Both the position numbers and the translations under genes were made by a program. The notes beneath the pieces are model-generated. The model made no database searches, was not told the DNA's origin, and saw nothing but the letters and a program-made list of their open reading frames with translations. Positions 39,661 through 49,917 of a stretch of 64,000 bases of DNA are shown in pieces (positions within the stretch are counted from its first letter, which is position 1; each line of letters begins with the position of its first letter). Source of the DNA: Panacagrimonas sp. (GTDB lineage Bacteria > Pseudomonadota > Gammaproteobacteria > Nevskiales > Nevskiaceae); assembly GCA_052386745.1 (NCBI GenBank), contig JBQTJW010000007.1:117998-181997 (forward strand). The letters are read 5' to 3'.

Positions 39661-41118
39661 TCAATGCTCCCGCAGTGCCCGGTCCTTGGTCTTCATCAAG
39701 GGCTTGAGCAGGTACTGCAGCACGGTGCGCTGATCGGTGCGGATATCCGCCGTTGCTTCCATGCCGGGGAGGATGTTCACTGGCCGATCCAGGCTTTTCA
39801 GGCGATTGGACGTGGTGCGTACGCGAATCAGGTAATAGGGATTTTCCTCGCGGTCGGCCGGCGTTTCGGGAATCACCGTATCGGCGCTGATCTGTTCGAG
39901 CACACCGTCGAAGCCGCCGTAGATCGTGTAATCGTAGGCAGAGAGCTTGACCGTGGCCGGCTGTCCGATCTGCAGGAACGCGATGTCCGACGGCCGGACC
40001 CTCGCCTCGATCAGCAAGGTCTCGTCGATGGGCACGATCTCGATCAGGTCCATGCCCGGCTGCACCACGCCGCCGACCGTGCTGATCTTGACCTGCTTGA
40101 CGATCCCGGCCATCGGTGCCCGCACCAGGGTGCGGGTCACGCGGTCCTCCAGTTCCACGTTCCCGGCGCTGGCCATGGCCTGTTCCGCGCGCGTCTCGCC
40201 GAGTTCCTTGGACGCCTCGGCGCGGTGCTGCGCCGCATAGCCGCCGAACTTCTGCCGGACCTCCTTCAGTGCGGATTCCAGCCGCGGAATCGCGAGCCGG
40301 CTGGCTTCGAGGTCGCCGTGCAGTTCATTGGCGGCGCGCTCCAGGCGCAGCACCTCCACCTGCGAAACGGCGCCCTGCGCCGCGAGCGGCCGGGTCAGGG
40401 CCAGCTCGCGAGCCACCAGCGCCTCGCTGGAGACGAGCTGACGCTCGCGCGAGCGCATTTCCTCCAGTTCCTGCGCCCGCTGCGTGGCCTGCTCCCGCAG
40501 CACCTGCAGGCTGGTGTTGAGCTCGCGCTGCCGCGCCTCGAACAGCGCGTGCTCCTCGGCCACGATGCGCGGATTCTTCGCCGAGAGATCCGCCGGCGGC
40601 ACAAAGGGTTTGCCTTCCGCCTCCGCGTTCAGCCTTGCGATGCGCGCCTGCAGGAACTGGTCCTTGGCCTCTCCTTCGCGCAGCTGGGAGCTGAAACGCG
40701 TTGCGTCCAGCTCCATCACCACCTGATCCTTCTTCACCATGTCACCGGCCTTCACCCGGATGACCGACACGATGCCGCCTTCCAGGTTCTGTACCACCTG
40801 CACGCGACTGCTGGGAATGACCCGACCCTGGCCGACGACGATCTGGTCGATCTCTGCCAGGGCCGCCCACAGCAGCGCGCAGGCGAAGAACGCGATCACG
40901 CTCCAGAGAATCCAGTGGGTGGCCCGTGGCGGTCCCTGCAGCAGTGCGGCGGAGCGCTCGCGCATGAACTCCGTGTCCGGCACCTGCGCACGGAACAGGT
41001 CCAGGAAGCGCCCGCCAAAGCGACGCTCCACCTCAGGCGCATCCGGCGGTGCGTCCGTCGGCGCCATGCCGGGAGGCAGGGGCACGGGCATGCCCTGTGG
41101 CTCAGCGGGGTGCTGCAT
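39661..41118 (-). CDS. type I secretion HlyD-family adaptor (start 41118 or 41091)
   Basis: VVQNLEGGIV, VRAPMAGIV, GGVVQPG, LPGMEATADI. Confidence 0.92.
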   Translation of the reverse strand: MQHPAEPQGMPVPLPPGMAPTDAPPDAPEVERRFGGRFLDLFRAQVPDTEFMRERSAALLQGPPRATHWILWSVIAFFACALLWAALAEIDQIVVGQGRVIPSSRVQVVQNLEGGIVSVIRVKAGDMVKKDQVVMELDATRFSSQLREGEAKDQFLQARIARLNAEAEGKPFVPPADLSAKNPRIVAEEHALFEARQRELNTSLQVLREQATQRAQELEEMRSRERQLVSSEALVARELALTRPLAAQGAVSQVEVLRLERAANELHGDLEASRLAIPRLESALKEVRQKFGGYAAQHRAEASKELGETRAEQAMASAGNVELEDRVTRTLVRAPMAGIVKQVKISTVGGVVQPGMDLIEIVPIDETLLIEARVRPSDIAFLQIGQPATVKLSAYDYTIYGGFDGVLEQISADTVIPETPADREENPYYLIRVRTTSNRLKSLDRPVNILPGMEATADIRTDQRTVLQYLLKPLMKTKDRALREH

Positions 41119-43285
41119 GGACCTTGCCTCCCTGCAGTGCCGCCAGCACCGTGTCACGCGGACCATCGGCCATCACGCGCCCTCCATCCATCACGATCAG
41201 TCGCGTCACCAAGGTCAGCAGCGACGGGCGGTGCGTGACCAGCACCAGGCTGCGCCCGGGCAGGCTGGCTTCCAGACGCGCCTTGAACTGCTCTTCCGAG
41301 CGCGAATCCATTGCACTGGTCGGCTCGTCCAGCAGCACCAGCGGTGGCGCCAGCAACTCGGCGCGGGCAATGGCGATGGCCTGCCGCTGCCCACCCGAGA
41401 GCCCTTCGCCGCGCTCGCCGATCACCATGTCCAGCCCCTGTGGCGAGCGGTCGGCGAACTCGTCCACGCCGCCGAGCCGCATCGCGCGCAGGATGGCGGC
41501 GTCGTCCGCGAACGGGGCGCCGTAGGTGAGGTTGTCGCGCAGGCTGCCGTAGAACAGGACGCCGTCCTGCGCCACGTGGCCGATGTTGCGCCGGATCACG
41601 GCAGGATCGAGCTGGCGCAGATCGATGCCATCCAGCAGCACCGCGCCCTCGTCAGGCTGGTAAAGGCCCAGGATCAGTTTCTCGATCGTGGACTTGCCTG
41701 AACCCACGCGCCCGACAATTCCCACGCGCTCGCCGGGATTGATGCGGAAACTGACCTGGTTCAGTGCTTCTGTCTGGCGCCCGGGGTAGCGGAACACCAC
41801 GTCGCGGAATTCGATAGCCCCGGTCAGCCGAGGACGCACCAGGAAGCTCTGTTCGGGCGAGCGTTCCACCGGCAGCTGCATCATGCGGTCGATCGCGCTC
41901 AGCGCCGTGCGGCACTGGTGGTAACGGGTGAGAAGCTGCGCCGCCTGGCCCAGCGGCGCCAGTGCGCGGTTGATCAGGATGGTGGAGGCCACCAGCGCAC
42001 CGGTCGTGAGATGGTCGGTTTCCATCAGGTACACGCCGAGAATGACCACGGCCACGCTCGCGGCCTGGATCGCAGTCGTGGAGAAGATCGCCGCGATGGA
42101 GGACAGCAGGCGCGAGCGCAGGCCCACTTCGCCGAGCTGTCCGACGATCCGCTCCCAGCGCGCCTGGAGCGGCCCGGCGGCACCGACGACCTTGATCGTC
42201 TCCAGCCCGACCAGGCTTTCCACCAGGGTCGCCTGCCGCTCCGCGGAGAGCTTCTGCGACAGTTCCACCAGGCGGCTGATCGGGCGCTGCATGAACAGGC
42301 TCAGGCCCAGTACCAGCGGTACCGCAACCACCGCGACCCATCCGATGGCGCCGCCGATCCAAAACAGCGCAGCCACGAACAGGAGCACGAAGGGCAGGTC
42401 CACCAAGGTGACGATCGTCGCCGAGGTGAGGAAGTCACGGAACGCCTCGAATTCCTGCAGGTTGCTGGCGAACGCGCCGACCGACTTCGGACGAGACGCC
42501 ATTCGGATGCCGAGCATTTTCTCGAAGATGGTGGCCGACAGGATCAGGTCGATACGCTTGCCGGTGGCATCGATGAAGTACGCGCGCAGCGCGCGCACCA
42601 GCAGCTCGAACACCAGCACGATGCCGACGCCGATCGACAGCGCCCACAGCGTCTCGAGCACGCGGTTGGGCACCACGCGGTCGTAGACGTTCATGGTGAA
42701 CATCGGCATCACCAGCGCAAACAGGTTGATGAGCAGCGAAGCCACCAGAACCTCGGAGTAGATCGGCCAGGACTGCGAGACCACGCCCCAGAACCAGTGC
42801 CGTGCGCGTGGCACGGCGCTCTGCTCCGTGCGCGCGTCGAAGCGGTGTTCCGGCCGCGCGAACAGGGCCTGGCCCTGGTATGCCGCTGCGATGGCGGCAA
42901 GCGGCAGCCGCGCTTCGCCATTGCCGGTTTCGGGCTGGATCACCAGCCCCGTGCCATCCGGGTTCTTCTTCAGCAACACGAGCGCGCCACGCCCTTTCAG
43001 CAGCAGCACCGCAGGCAGAACCAGGTCGGAGATCTCGGCCAGTGGCCGCGACACCAGCCGGCACGTCAGGTCCACGCGCCGGGCCGCGCGCACGAACAGG
43101 TCGGGCGTCAGCCGCCCTTCCACCAGCGGCAGGCCGGCGACCAGGCTGTCGGGCGAGCTGGGCCGCCCATGCAGGCGCGCCAGGCTGAGCAGGCAGCCCA
43201 GCAGCGGGTCGTCGCTGCCCAGCATCGGGGGCGGGATGGACCAGGTGTCCTGCGGGGGTAACGACGGCGGATCGGGATTGTTCAT
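41102..43285 (-). CDS. type I secretion permease/ATPase (LapB-like, N-terminal C39-like domain)
   Basis: DPLLGCL, VYDRVVPN, GRVGSGKST, LSGGQRQ, LLDEPTSAMD. Confidence 0.94.
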   Translation of the reverse strand: MNNPDPPSLPPQDTWSIPPPMLGSDDPLLGCLLSLARLHGRPSSPDSLVAGLPLVEGRLTPDLFVRAARRVDLTCRLVSRPLAEISDLVLPAVLLLKGRGALVLLKKNPDGTGLVIQPETGNGEARLPLAAIAAAYQGQALFARPEHRFDARTEQSAVPRARHWFWGVVSQSWPIYSEVLVASLLINLFALVMPMFTMNVYDRVVPNRVLETLWALSIGVGIVLVFELLVRALRAYFIDATGKRIDLILSATIFEKMLGIRMASRPKSVGAFASNLQEFEAFRDFLTSATIVTLVDLPFVLLFVAALFWIGGAIGWVAVVAVPLVLGLSLFMQRPISRLVELSQKLSAERQATLVESLVGLETIKVVGAAGPLQARWERIVGQLGEVGLRSRLLSSIAAIFSTTAIQAASVAVVILGVYLMETDHLTTGALVASTILINRALAPLGQAAQLLTRYHQCRTALSAIDRMMQLPVERSPEQSFLVRPRLTGAIEFRDVVFRYPGRQTEALNQVSFRINPGERVGIVGRVGSGKSTIEKLILGLYQPDEGAVLLDGIDLRQLDPAVIRRNIGHVAQDGVLFYGSLRDNLTYGAPFADDAAILRAMRLGGVDEFADRSPQGLDMVIGERGEGLSGGQRQAIAIARAELLAPPLVLLDEPTSAMDSRSEEQFKARLEASLPGRSLVLVTHRPSLLTLVTRLIVMDGGRVMADGPRDTVLAALQGGKVHAAPR

Positions 43286-43565
43286 GGCGCAATAGAGCAG
43301 CACGTGAAGGCCACGTCGTGACCCCGACCGTTCGCGAGCATGTCGGCCCGCAACGGCTCCATCGTCCGGCGCTGCACCCCACCTTGTCCCGGTGGAGAAG
43401 ACAATGCGTTCCGAAGCCTGGAGAAAGTCGGCAAGGCTTTGCTTTTTCCCCAGGGAAGAGAGGCAGGGTTGGGAGCACGCCCGTTCGCCGTCAGCGCGGC
43501 GTCGGAGCACACGGCGAACGGCCGAGCGCACCGGCACAGGCATCGGGCAAGCACCGATCGCACGC

Positions 43566-45215
43566 TCATTCCGGCACCAGCGCCGCCTTGGGCAGCGCAA
43601 TCTCCAGGGCCTGCAGCAGCTGCCCCATCGCCGCGTGCACGCGGTATTCCGCGAAACGCGCGGTGACTTCCGCGGTCGCCAGCTGGCTGCGCGCGGAGTA
43701 GGTTTCGTCCTGGGAATTCACCAGGTCCAGGAGGCTGCGCTGGCCGATGCTGAACTGCTTGAGGTATGCCGTGCGGGCCGAGGCGATCGCCTGCGCGTAG
43801 CGGCGCAGCACCACCACGCGGTCGCGCGAACTGAGCAGCAGGATGCCCGCCTGGCTGAGGCCCTCGGTCACCGCCTGTTCCACGCGACGTTGCTGCTCCT
43901 GCGCGCGATCCAGTTCGGCGCCGGCCTGGTCCACGCCCGCGCGATCCGCGCCACCGTTGAACAGGTTCCATCGCGCACGGATGCCCGCGGAAAGCTCCTC
44001 GATCTCGTCCTGAACCACATCGTCGGAACGCGAGGCGCTCACCTCCAGGTTCAGGCGTGGCGCGTAGGCACTGCGCGCCACCTGCACCTGGAAGCGCGCC
44101 GCCTCCACCTGCGCGCGGCTGGCCCGCACGGCGGGATGCAGCGGCAGGGCCACCTGCAGTGCGTAATCCCGCGCTGCGGCCGCGGCCGCGCGTTCCTGCG
44201 GCGTCTGGCCCTGGTTCTCGGGACATTCCGGCACGTAGCCGTCCATCCGCAGCACATCCTCCGCCGTGGATTCCTGCGGGGACAGGCCGGCCGCCAGATC
44301 GAGCGGCCGGCCGTCGCGGTCCACCGGAATCTGCGCCACCCAGCCGTGGCAGGGTGCCTCGGCGCGGGACAGGGACGACTCCTCATCCGGCTGTCGAGAA
44401 AGGTCTACCGCCGCATCCGCCCCTGTCAGCCCCTCCATCTCCCAGGCGGTGGTGCCCCAGATGCCGGGCAGGGCCAGCTGCGGACGTGTCGGCATCCCCA
44501 GATGAATGCCCCGCAGGCCGGAAACGCGCAGGAACGCCGCCTGAGCCGCTTCGAGCGCCGCCTGCTCCTGCACCAGGCCGGCTACCGCCAGGGACAGCCG
44601 GCTCTCCGCCTGGTCAAAATCCGACGGCCTGCTCACCCCGCCCGCGCTGCGCAGCCGGATCATTTCGCGGATGCGACGGTGTGCGTCCAGGTTCTCCTGG
44701 GCCAACGCCACCGTCTGTTGTCGGCGCATGAGTTCGAAGAACGCGCCCACCGTTTCCAGCGCGATGTCCGTAGCCGTGGAGTTCACCGTGTAGGCGGCAG
44801 CGCGCACACGCGACTCCGCCCGGTCCACCTGGCTGCTCACGTTGCGAAAGTCGTAGAGCGTGTGACTCAGGGTGGCAATCGTCTCGCGGTGCGAGTACGA
44901 ATCCTTGTTCACCCCAGACAGCCGCCGGATGCGGTTGTCCAGCTCCTCGCGCGTCAGCCCGTACTGCACGTCCAGCCGCGGAACGTATCCCGCCTCGGCA
45001 ACCTGCAGTTGCGCGTCGGCAATGTGACGGTCGTCTCCAGCAGAACGCACCACGGGATTGAACGCCAGCGCCTCCACCACGGCCGCACGCAGGCTCAGCG
45101 GCGCGGCTGATGCGCCTTGCATCTGCGCCTGCGCAGGGACGGCGCCGAGCACCCATGCCGTACCCACGACCCGCAGGCCCGTTCGGAAACGATGTTGAAG
45201 GCTCCACCCCACCAC
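43566..45215 (-). CDS. type I secretion TolC-family outer-membrane protein with ~100-aa insertion (start approximate)
   Basis: AGYVPRLD, WNLFNGG, QFSIGQRSLLDLVNSQ; GGGGAG before a GTG cluster at 45212-45221. Confidence 0.88.
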   Translation of the reverse strand: MVGWSLQHRFRTGLRVVGTAWVLGAVPAQAQMQGASAAPLSLRAAVVEALAFNPVVRSAGDDRHIADAQLQVAEAGYVPRLDVQYGLTREELDNRIRRLSGVNKDSYSHRETIATLSHTLYDFRNVSSQVDRAESRVRAAAYTVNSTATDIALETVGAFFELMRRQQTVALAQENLDAHRRIREMIRLRSAGGVSRPSDFDQAESRLSLAVAGLVQEQAALEAAQAAFLRVSGLRGIHLGMPTRPQLALPGIWGTTAWEMEGLTGADAAVDLSRQPDEESSLSRAEAPCHGWVAQIPVDRDGRPLDLAAGLSPQESTAEDVLRMDGYVPECPENQGQTPQERAAAAAARDYALQVALPLHPAVRASRAQVEAARFQVQVARSAYAPRLNLEVSASRSDDVVQDEIEELSAGIRARWNLFNGGADRAGVDQAGAELDRAQEQQRRVEQAVTEGLSQAGILLLSSRDRVVVLRRYAQAIASARTAYLKQFSIGQRSLLDLVNSQDETYSARSQLATAEVTARFAEYRVHAAMGQLLQALEIALPKAALVPE

Positions 45216-45464
45216 GACCACTCCCCGTTTCCTGTAGTTCTGACGATGAATGCGACAGACGCGGACGGACAATCGTACGGCGCGTGACGCGTAACTCGGC
45301 GTCCTGGGGGCGATCAACTCGGCCGATCGCGGATTAGGCCCTGCGGCCAACCTGCCCAACTCGAACGACGATCCGTCGTTCACTCAAACCATTCCCCGAC
45401 ACGCTGGTTGTCCCACCCGCTGCCCTCGGCGCGCCGCGTGTATACATCAATTGAGGCCAACATG

Positions 45465-45498
45465 GGCATCGGCGAGCGCACAGCGTGCCGCCGATGCC
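45465..45498 (-). terminator. GC-rich hairpin downstream of the RTX gene
   Basis: GGCATCGGCG/CGCCGATGCC outer stem with inner GCAC/GTGC stem; no clear U-tract. Confidence 0.3.
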
Positions 45499-45619
45499 AG
45501 CGCGTCATGCGTCACCAGCGACTCTCGCCCGTCGCCAAGTCCCGTTGTGCCCTTGCCGACTGCGCCCAACCGGCGCAGCCGCAGTTCAGTCAAACGCACC
45601 ACGGGCACATACCTACCGT

Positions 45620-48600
45620 TCACAAGGTGCCGGCAACGACATCCGAATTGTCGAACACGCCCTGGGACGTGGTGACGGTGGCGATCAGGTACTCGTATCC
45701 CCCGCTGCCCCCCGTGGCATTGTTGTTGTCCGCGTCGATGAGCAACTGGCCGCCAACCACCGTGAAGCCCGCCCCCGCCCCGCGATCCGTGTTGTTGAAG
45801 CCGAGATTGTCGAACAGGACGTCCAGATTGATGAAGTCCTGGTTACCCGCGCCACCATTGGCGTCGAAACCAGTGATGGTGTCGGACCCGCTGAGTACCG
45901 ACGTGTACGCGATCACATCCTGATCCCCATTGCCATCCGCGTTGATCGAATCGTTGCCCGCGCCTCCAATCAGGAGATCGCCCCCGTTGCCACCGGTGAG
46001 CGTGTCGTTGCCATCATTGCCGAAGAGCAGGTCAGCGCCGTTGCCTCCGGTGATCGTGTTGGCAACATCGTCGCCATGCAGGATGGTGCTGGCGTTACCC
46101 GTCGGAGTCCTTGGCCCGTTATCGTCGATGCTGACCAGATAGGTACTGGAGCCCAGCTGATACCCGGCGAATGTCGCTCCGCCAATGAACGTAAGGTTCG
46201 TGATTGCAAAGGGGAAATGGGACAGGACCGTGATCTGCTGTCCGTGGTAGTTGATCGCCAGATCGCCGCCTGACGCAGTGCTTGTATCCCTGAAGTTCAA
46301 CTCTGTCAGTGTGGCTCCGGCCGCGAGGATCTCAACGGTATCGATAGCGCCGTTGGGGTCGGAGATGGTGTCCACACCCGCGTCCAGTCCGAACCGATAG
46401 ATATCATCGCTCGCAACGCTGTTACCGGTCTGAATCGTCGTGTCGTTACCGGTACCACCCACAAAGATGTCATTTCCCGCACTGCCGATCAGCGTGTCGT
46501 TGCCGGCATTGCCGGTCAGCGTATTGGCACCATTTCCGCCCACCAGGAAATCGTTGCCACTACCGCCGGTTAGGACGTCGTCACCCTCGAAACCGTAGAG
46601 CGCGGCAGGGATCGACTGCGCGGACGCATCGACGGTATTGGCTGCACTTGTGCCGAGCGCAAGGAAGACGCCGACAGGCGCTTGCGATGCGCCGTCCGTC
46701 ACGGCCAGGACGCCCGACAACAGAATGCCCTGTTGCGCTGCCGTCAACGTGGTGGTTCCGCCGTTGCTGACTGTGCCCAGGGCAGGAAGATTGAACGGAG
46801 TGACGTAGCTCAATGCGACGCTATCGACGTCGCTGGCCATAAAGCTGAGTCCGGTCGACGTAATGACCAGGCCACTGACGACTGGCGCGTCATTGACGGC
46901 AGTGATGTTGATCGTCGCCGTATCGGTTCCCGTCAGCGCGCCGCCACTTCCGGCATTGCCATTGTCGTTCGCGACCATGGTCAACGTGGTGCTGGGAGCC
47001 GGCGCGTCGCTGTTGTTGATGTATGACAGCGTGCTGGTACCACCCGCGCCCAGCAGGGCGTTGATCTGGCTGAGCGTGCCGGTGATCGTCACGCTTGACG
47101 TGCCCGATGCAGCAACGCTGGCGCCGCTGTCCCCGGCCGTGGCGTTGATCACGCCGGCACCCACCGTCAATGTCACCGATATGGTGCCTGTGCCAGCGTC
47201 TACATCGCTGACGCTCAGCCCCGTACCCTTCAGATTGAGGCTGGTCTGCTCCGTCGCGCTGTAAGTAAGCGGCGTGATCGTTGCCACTGGCGCGTCGTTA
47301 ATTGCAGTTACCGAGATGGCGACCGTATCAGTATCGGCGGCGCCGTTGCTGTCAGTGGAAACCACCGTCAGCGTGTCCGAACCATTGAAGTTCAGGCTGC
47401 CTAGATAGCTCAGCGTCGCCAGCGCCGTATTGATCTGCGCCTGCGTGCCCGACAGCGTGAGTGTGGAACTGCCACTGGCGCCGGCTGAAATCACTGCACC
47501 GCCGAGCAAGCTCACCGTCACCACACCCTGCGCGACCGAAAGCTGCGTGGACGAGAGATTGCCGTCTACGTCGTTCACGCTCACACCACTCAGCGACAGC
47601 GCAGTATCCTCGGCCACGGTTTGTGGTGCAGGGACGGTGTTTACGGGCGCATCGTTGGTGCCGGTGATGGTGACGGTGACGAGCTGGCTGACGGTGCCGC
47701 CGTTGCTGTCATCGGCGGTGATGGTGAAACTCTCGGTGACCGTCTGGCCCACGGCCAGGTACTGGGTGGCGGCGTTGGCCACCGAGTAGGTGTAGCTGAC
47801 CGAGCCGGCGGCGCCGGCCACACCGCTGTCGTTGACCACCGGCGCGGACAGCGTGCCGCCCAGGGTGTTGGTTGCCGCGGGGGCGAAGCTGTAGGTGAGC
47901 AGGTCGGTCAGATCGACGTCGTTGAAGTTGACCGACACGCTGGTGCTGAGCGTCGGGTCGCTGGCGTCCTCGGTGAGCACGCCGTCGCTGAAGGCGGTGA
48001 CGGTGGGCGCATCGTTGGTGCCGGTGATGGTGACGGTCAGGGTGGAACTGCTGGTCGCTCCGAATTGATCGGAAACCGTGTAGCTGAATACTTCAGTCCC
48101 CGTTGCGCCCTGCGCCAGCGCATTGGTGTCGGTATCGCTGTTGTTGAGGGTGTAGGTGTAGCTGCCATTGGCGCCGATCGTCAGGGTGCCGTAAGTGCCT
48201 GTGAGCAGGATCCCGACGTTGTCGGCAACGCCGTTGACTGCCGTCACGACCTTCGATGCGCCGGTGTCGACGTCGGTGTCGTTGCTCAGGACATTGCCGC
48301 TAGCCGTCGGGTCGCCGGGTGTGCCATTGGCGATGCCGCCCGCTTCAACGACGCCGTCATTCCCGTTGGTGTCCGCAACCGCCACCGGCGCGTCGTTGGT
48401 GCCGGTGATGGTGATGGTGAGCGTGGACGGCGTGCTGGCGATTCCATCCGTGACGGTGTAGGCAAAGACGTCTAGGCCAGTCGCGCCCTGCGCCAGCGCA
48501 TTGGTAGCGGTATTGTTGTTGAGGGTGTAGGTGTAGCTGCCATTGGCATTGAGCACCAGCGTGCCGTAGGTGCCGATGTACGTGCCCGGATTGCCCACCG

Positions 48601-49291
48601 CCAGCACGGTTCCGCCGTCTGGATCACTGTCATTGGTCAGGACATTGCCTGCTGCCGTCGCGTCGCCCGGAAACGGTGTGTTGCCCGGTTTGACGCCCGA
48701 CTCCACCACAGCATCTCCCGCGTTGGTGTCGGCAACCGCCACCGGCGCGTTGTTCTTGACGCCCAGGAAATCCGATACCGACAGATTGATTGTCCCGGTG
48801 AGTCGAATCGCCAGATCCGGGAGTACGGGTTGACCGAGCACATTGATAATGACGCCATCGACGTCGGCATAGATGTAGGTATCGCCTCCGGAGTGCACAA
48901 ACCACACACCGAAAGGGGTCGGTGTCTTGAAACCCCAATTGAGGTCGGTAGCCCCCAGCAGTGGTCGAAGATCGATCTTGTCCTGACCTTTTGCGAAGTC
49001 CGTGATGGTGTCGCGGCCCAGGCCAAGCCCGAGGAGGTCGGTGGAATCGGAGGTAAGCGCAGTGGCGTTGTAGACAAAAATATCGTTGCCACTGCCGCCG
49101 GTCAGCGTGTCCGCACCGGTGCCGCCGGTGATCGTGTCATTGCCGGTGCCGCCGTTGATATTGTCGCTACCGGTGCCGCCGCCGAGAACATCATTTCCGT
49201 TACCGCCCAGAATGGAGTCGTCCCCGATGCCGCCGTCAACGGTGTCCTCCCCGTTGCCCGCGTCCACGGTGTCATTGCCTGCACCCGCCAC
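45620..49291 (-). CDS. RTX Ca-binding / VCBS / cadherin-like surface adhesin, probable T1SS substrate
   Basis: GGxGxD nonapeptides at both ends, ITGTNDAP/AVNDAP-bounded Ig-like repeats, adjacent T1SS; 5' end ambiguous. Confidence 0.9.
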   Translation of the reverse strand: MAGAGNDTVDAGNGEDTVDGGIGDDSILGGNGNDVLGGGTGSDNINGGTGNDTITGGTGADTLTGGSGNDIFVYNATALTSDSTDLLGLGLGRDTITDFAKGQDKIDLRPLLGATDLNWGFKTPTPFGVWFVHSGGDTYIYADVDGVIINVLGQPVLPDLAIRLTGTINLSVSDFLGVKNNAPVAVADTNAGDAVVESGVKPGNTPFPGDATAAGNVLTNDSDPDGGTVLAVGNPGTYIGTYGTLVLNANGSYTYTLNNNTATNALAQGATGLDVFAYTVTDGIASTPSTLTITITGTNDAPVAVADTNGNDGVVEAGGIANGTPGDPTASGNVLSNDTDVDTGASKVVTAVNGVADNVGILLTGTYGTLTIGANGSYTYTLNNSDTDTNALAQGATGTEVFSYTVSDQFGATSSSTLTVTITGTNDAPTVTAFSDGVLTEDASDPTLSTSVSVNFNDVDLTDLLTYSFAPAATNTLGGTLSAPVVNDSGVAGAAGSVSYTYSVANAATQYLAVGQTVTESFTITADDSNGGTVSQLVTVTITGTNDAPVNTVPAPQTVAEDTALSLSGVSVNDVDGNLSSTQLSVAQGVVTVSLLGGAVISAGASGSSTLTLSGTQAQINTALATLSYLGSLNFNGSDTLTVVSTDSNGAADTDTVAISVTAINDAPVATITPLTYSATEQTSLNLKGTGLSVSDVDAGTGTISVTLTVGAGVINATAGDSGASVAASGTSSVTITGTLSQINALLGAGGTSTLSYINNSDAPAPSTTLTMVANDNGNAGSGGALTGTDTATINITAVNDAPVVSGLVITSTGLSFMASDVDSVALSYVTPFNLPALGTVSNGGTTTLTAAQQGILLSGVLAVTDGASQAPVGVFLALGTSAANTVDASAQSIPAALYGFEGDDVLTGGSGNDFLVGGNGANTLTGNAGNDTLIGSAGNDIFVGGTGNDTTIQTGNSVASDDIYRFGLDAGVDTISDPNGAIDTVEILAAGATLTELNFRDTSTASGGDLAINYHGQQITVLSHFPFAITNLTFIGGATFAGYQLGSSTYLVSIDDNGPRTPTGNASTILHGDDVANTITGGNGADLLFGNDGNDTLTGGNGGDLLIGGAGNDSINADGNGDQDVIAYTSVLSGSDTITGFDANGGAGNQDFINLDVLFDNLGFNNTDRGAGAGFTVVGGQLLIDADNNNATGGSGGYEYLIATVTTSQGVFDNSDVVAGTL
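47645..48037. repeat. 33-bp perfect direct repeat (47645-47677 and 48005-48037); near-copy at 48387-48414
   Basis: GGGCGCATCGTTGGTGCCGGTGATGGTGACGGT occurs twice, 360 bp apart. Confidence 0.85.
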
Positions 49292-49895
49292 AATGATGTC
49301 GTTACCGTTGTTGCCATTGATGGTGTCGGCGAACGGTTTCGTCGCCGAGGCGTGCCGCGTTCACTGCCACCGCTGCATCTCAATGGGCAACGCCCGGCCG
49401 TCAATTGGCGGCCTTGCGGCCTGCAGGACGCGCAACGCCACAAGCCGATTTCTCACGCGCAGTCCACCGAGCTGCGAGCAGAACATCCGCGCGCGAATGG
49501 ACCATGCTTGAACTGAAGCCTCCCCAACGTGCCTGTCCAGGGACCCAGTTCCCGACGGTTGGGTCAGGATCGAATTTTGCCGGCACCTTCTGAAATCTAT
49601 ACCAACCCCTAGCTGCGCGCATCCTGTGCAATGAACTGCAAGTTGGAATTTGCACTGACATTTTTGCAACGTTCTGACAACCCAAATGGCTCCAGTCGGG
49701 CGGAGTCATGCGAGGGGTGGGGCGAACTAGAAGGCCGGTCGGACTCGGTCCACGCTTGGGCGCGTCGACCGGATGGGCCTAGTTCCCTGATTTTGAGACG
49801 CTATAAGCGATCAGCAGCGGGAATACGCGACCCGTCAAAGAACATTTGGACCGACTGACAATTTCGGAAGGTTGCGATTGTCATCTCAGGGAAGA

Positions 49896-49917
49896 AAATG
49901 TGAACTAGGTCACAATT
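49896..49917. promoter_or_regulatory. CRP/Vfr/Clp-type binding site
   Basis: AAATGTGAACTAGGTCACAATT, 19/22 match to AAATGTGATCTAGATCACATTT, perfect TGTGA-N6-TCACA core. Confidence 0.72.

Noticed and set aside
49361-49669. 102-aa ORF in frame with the RTX gene as its true N-terminus via read-through
   Set aside because: The translation is not protein-like (Cys-rich, no RTX or adhesin features); only the stop-proximal anomaly is reported
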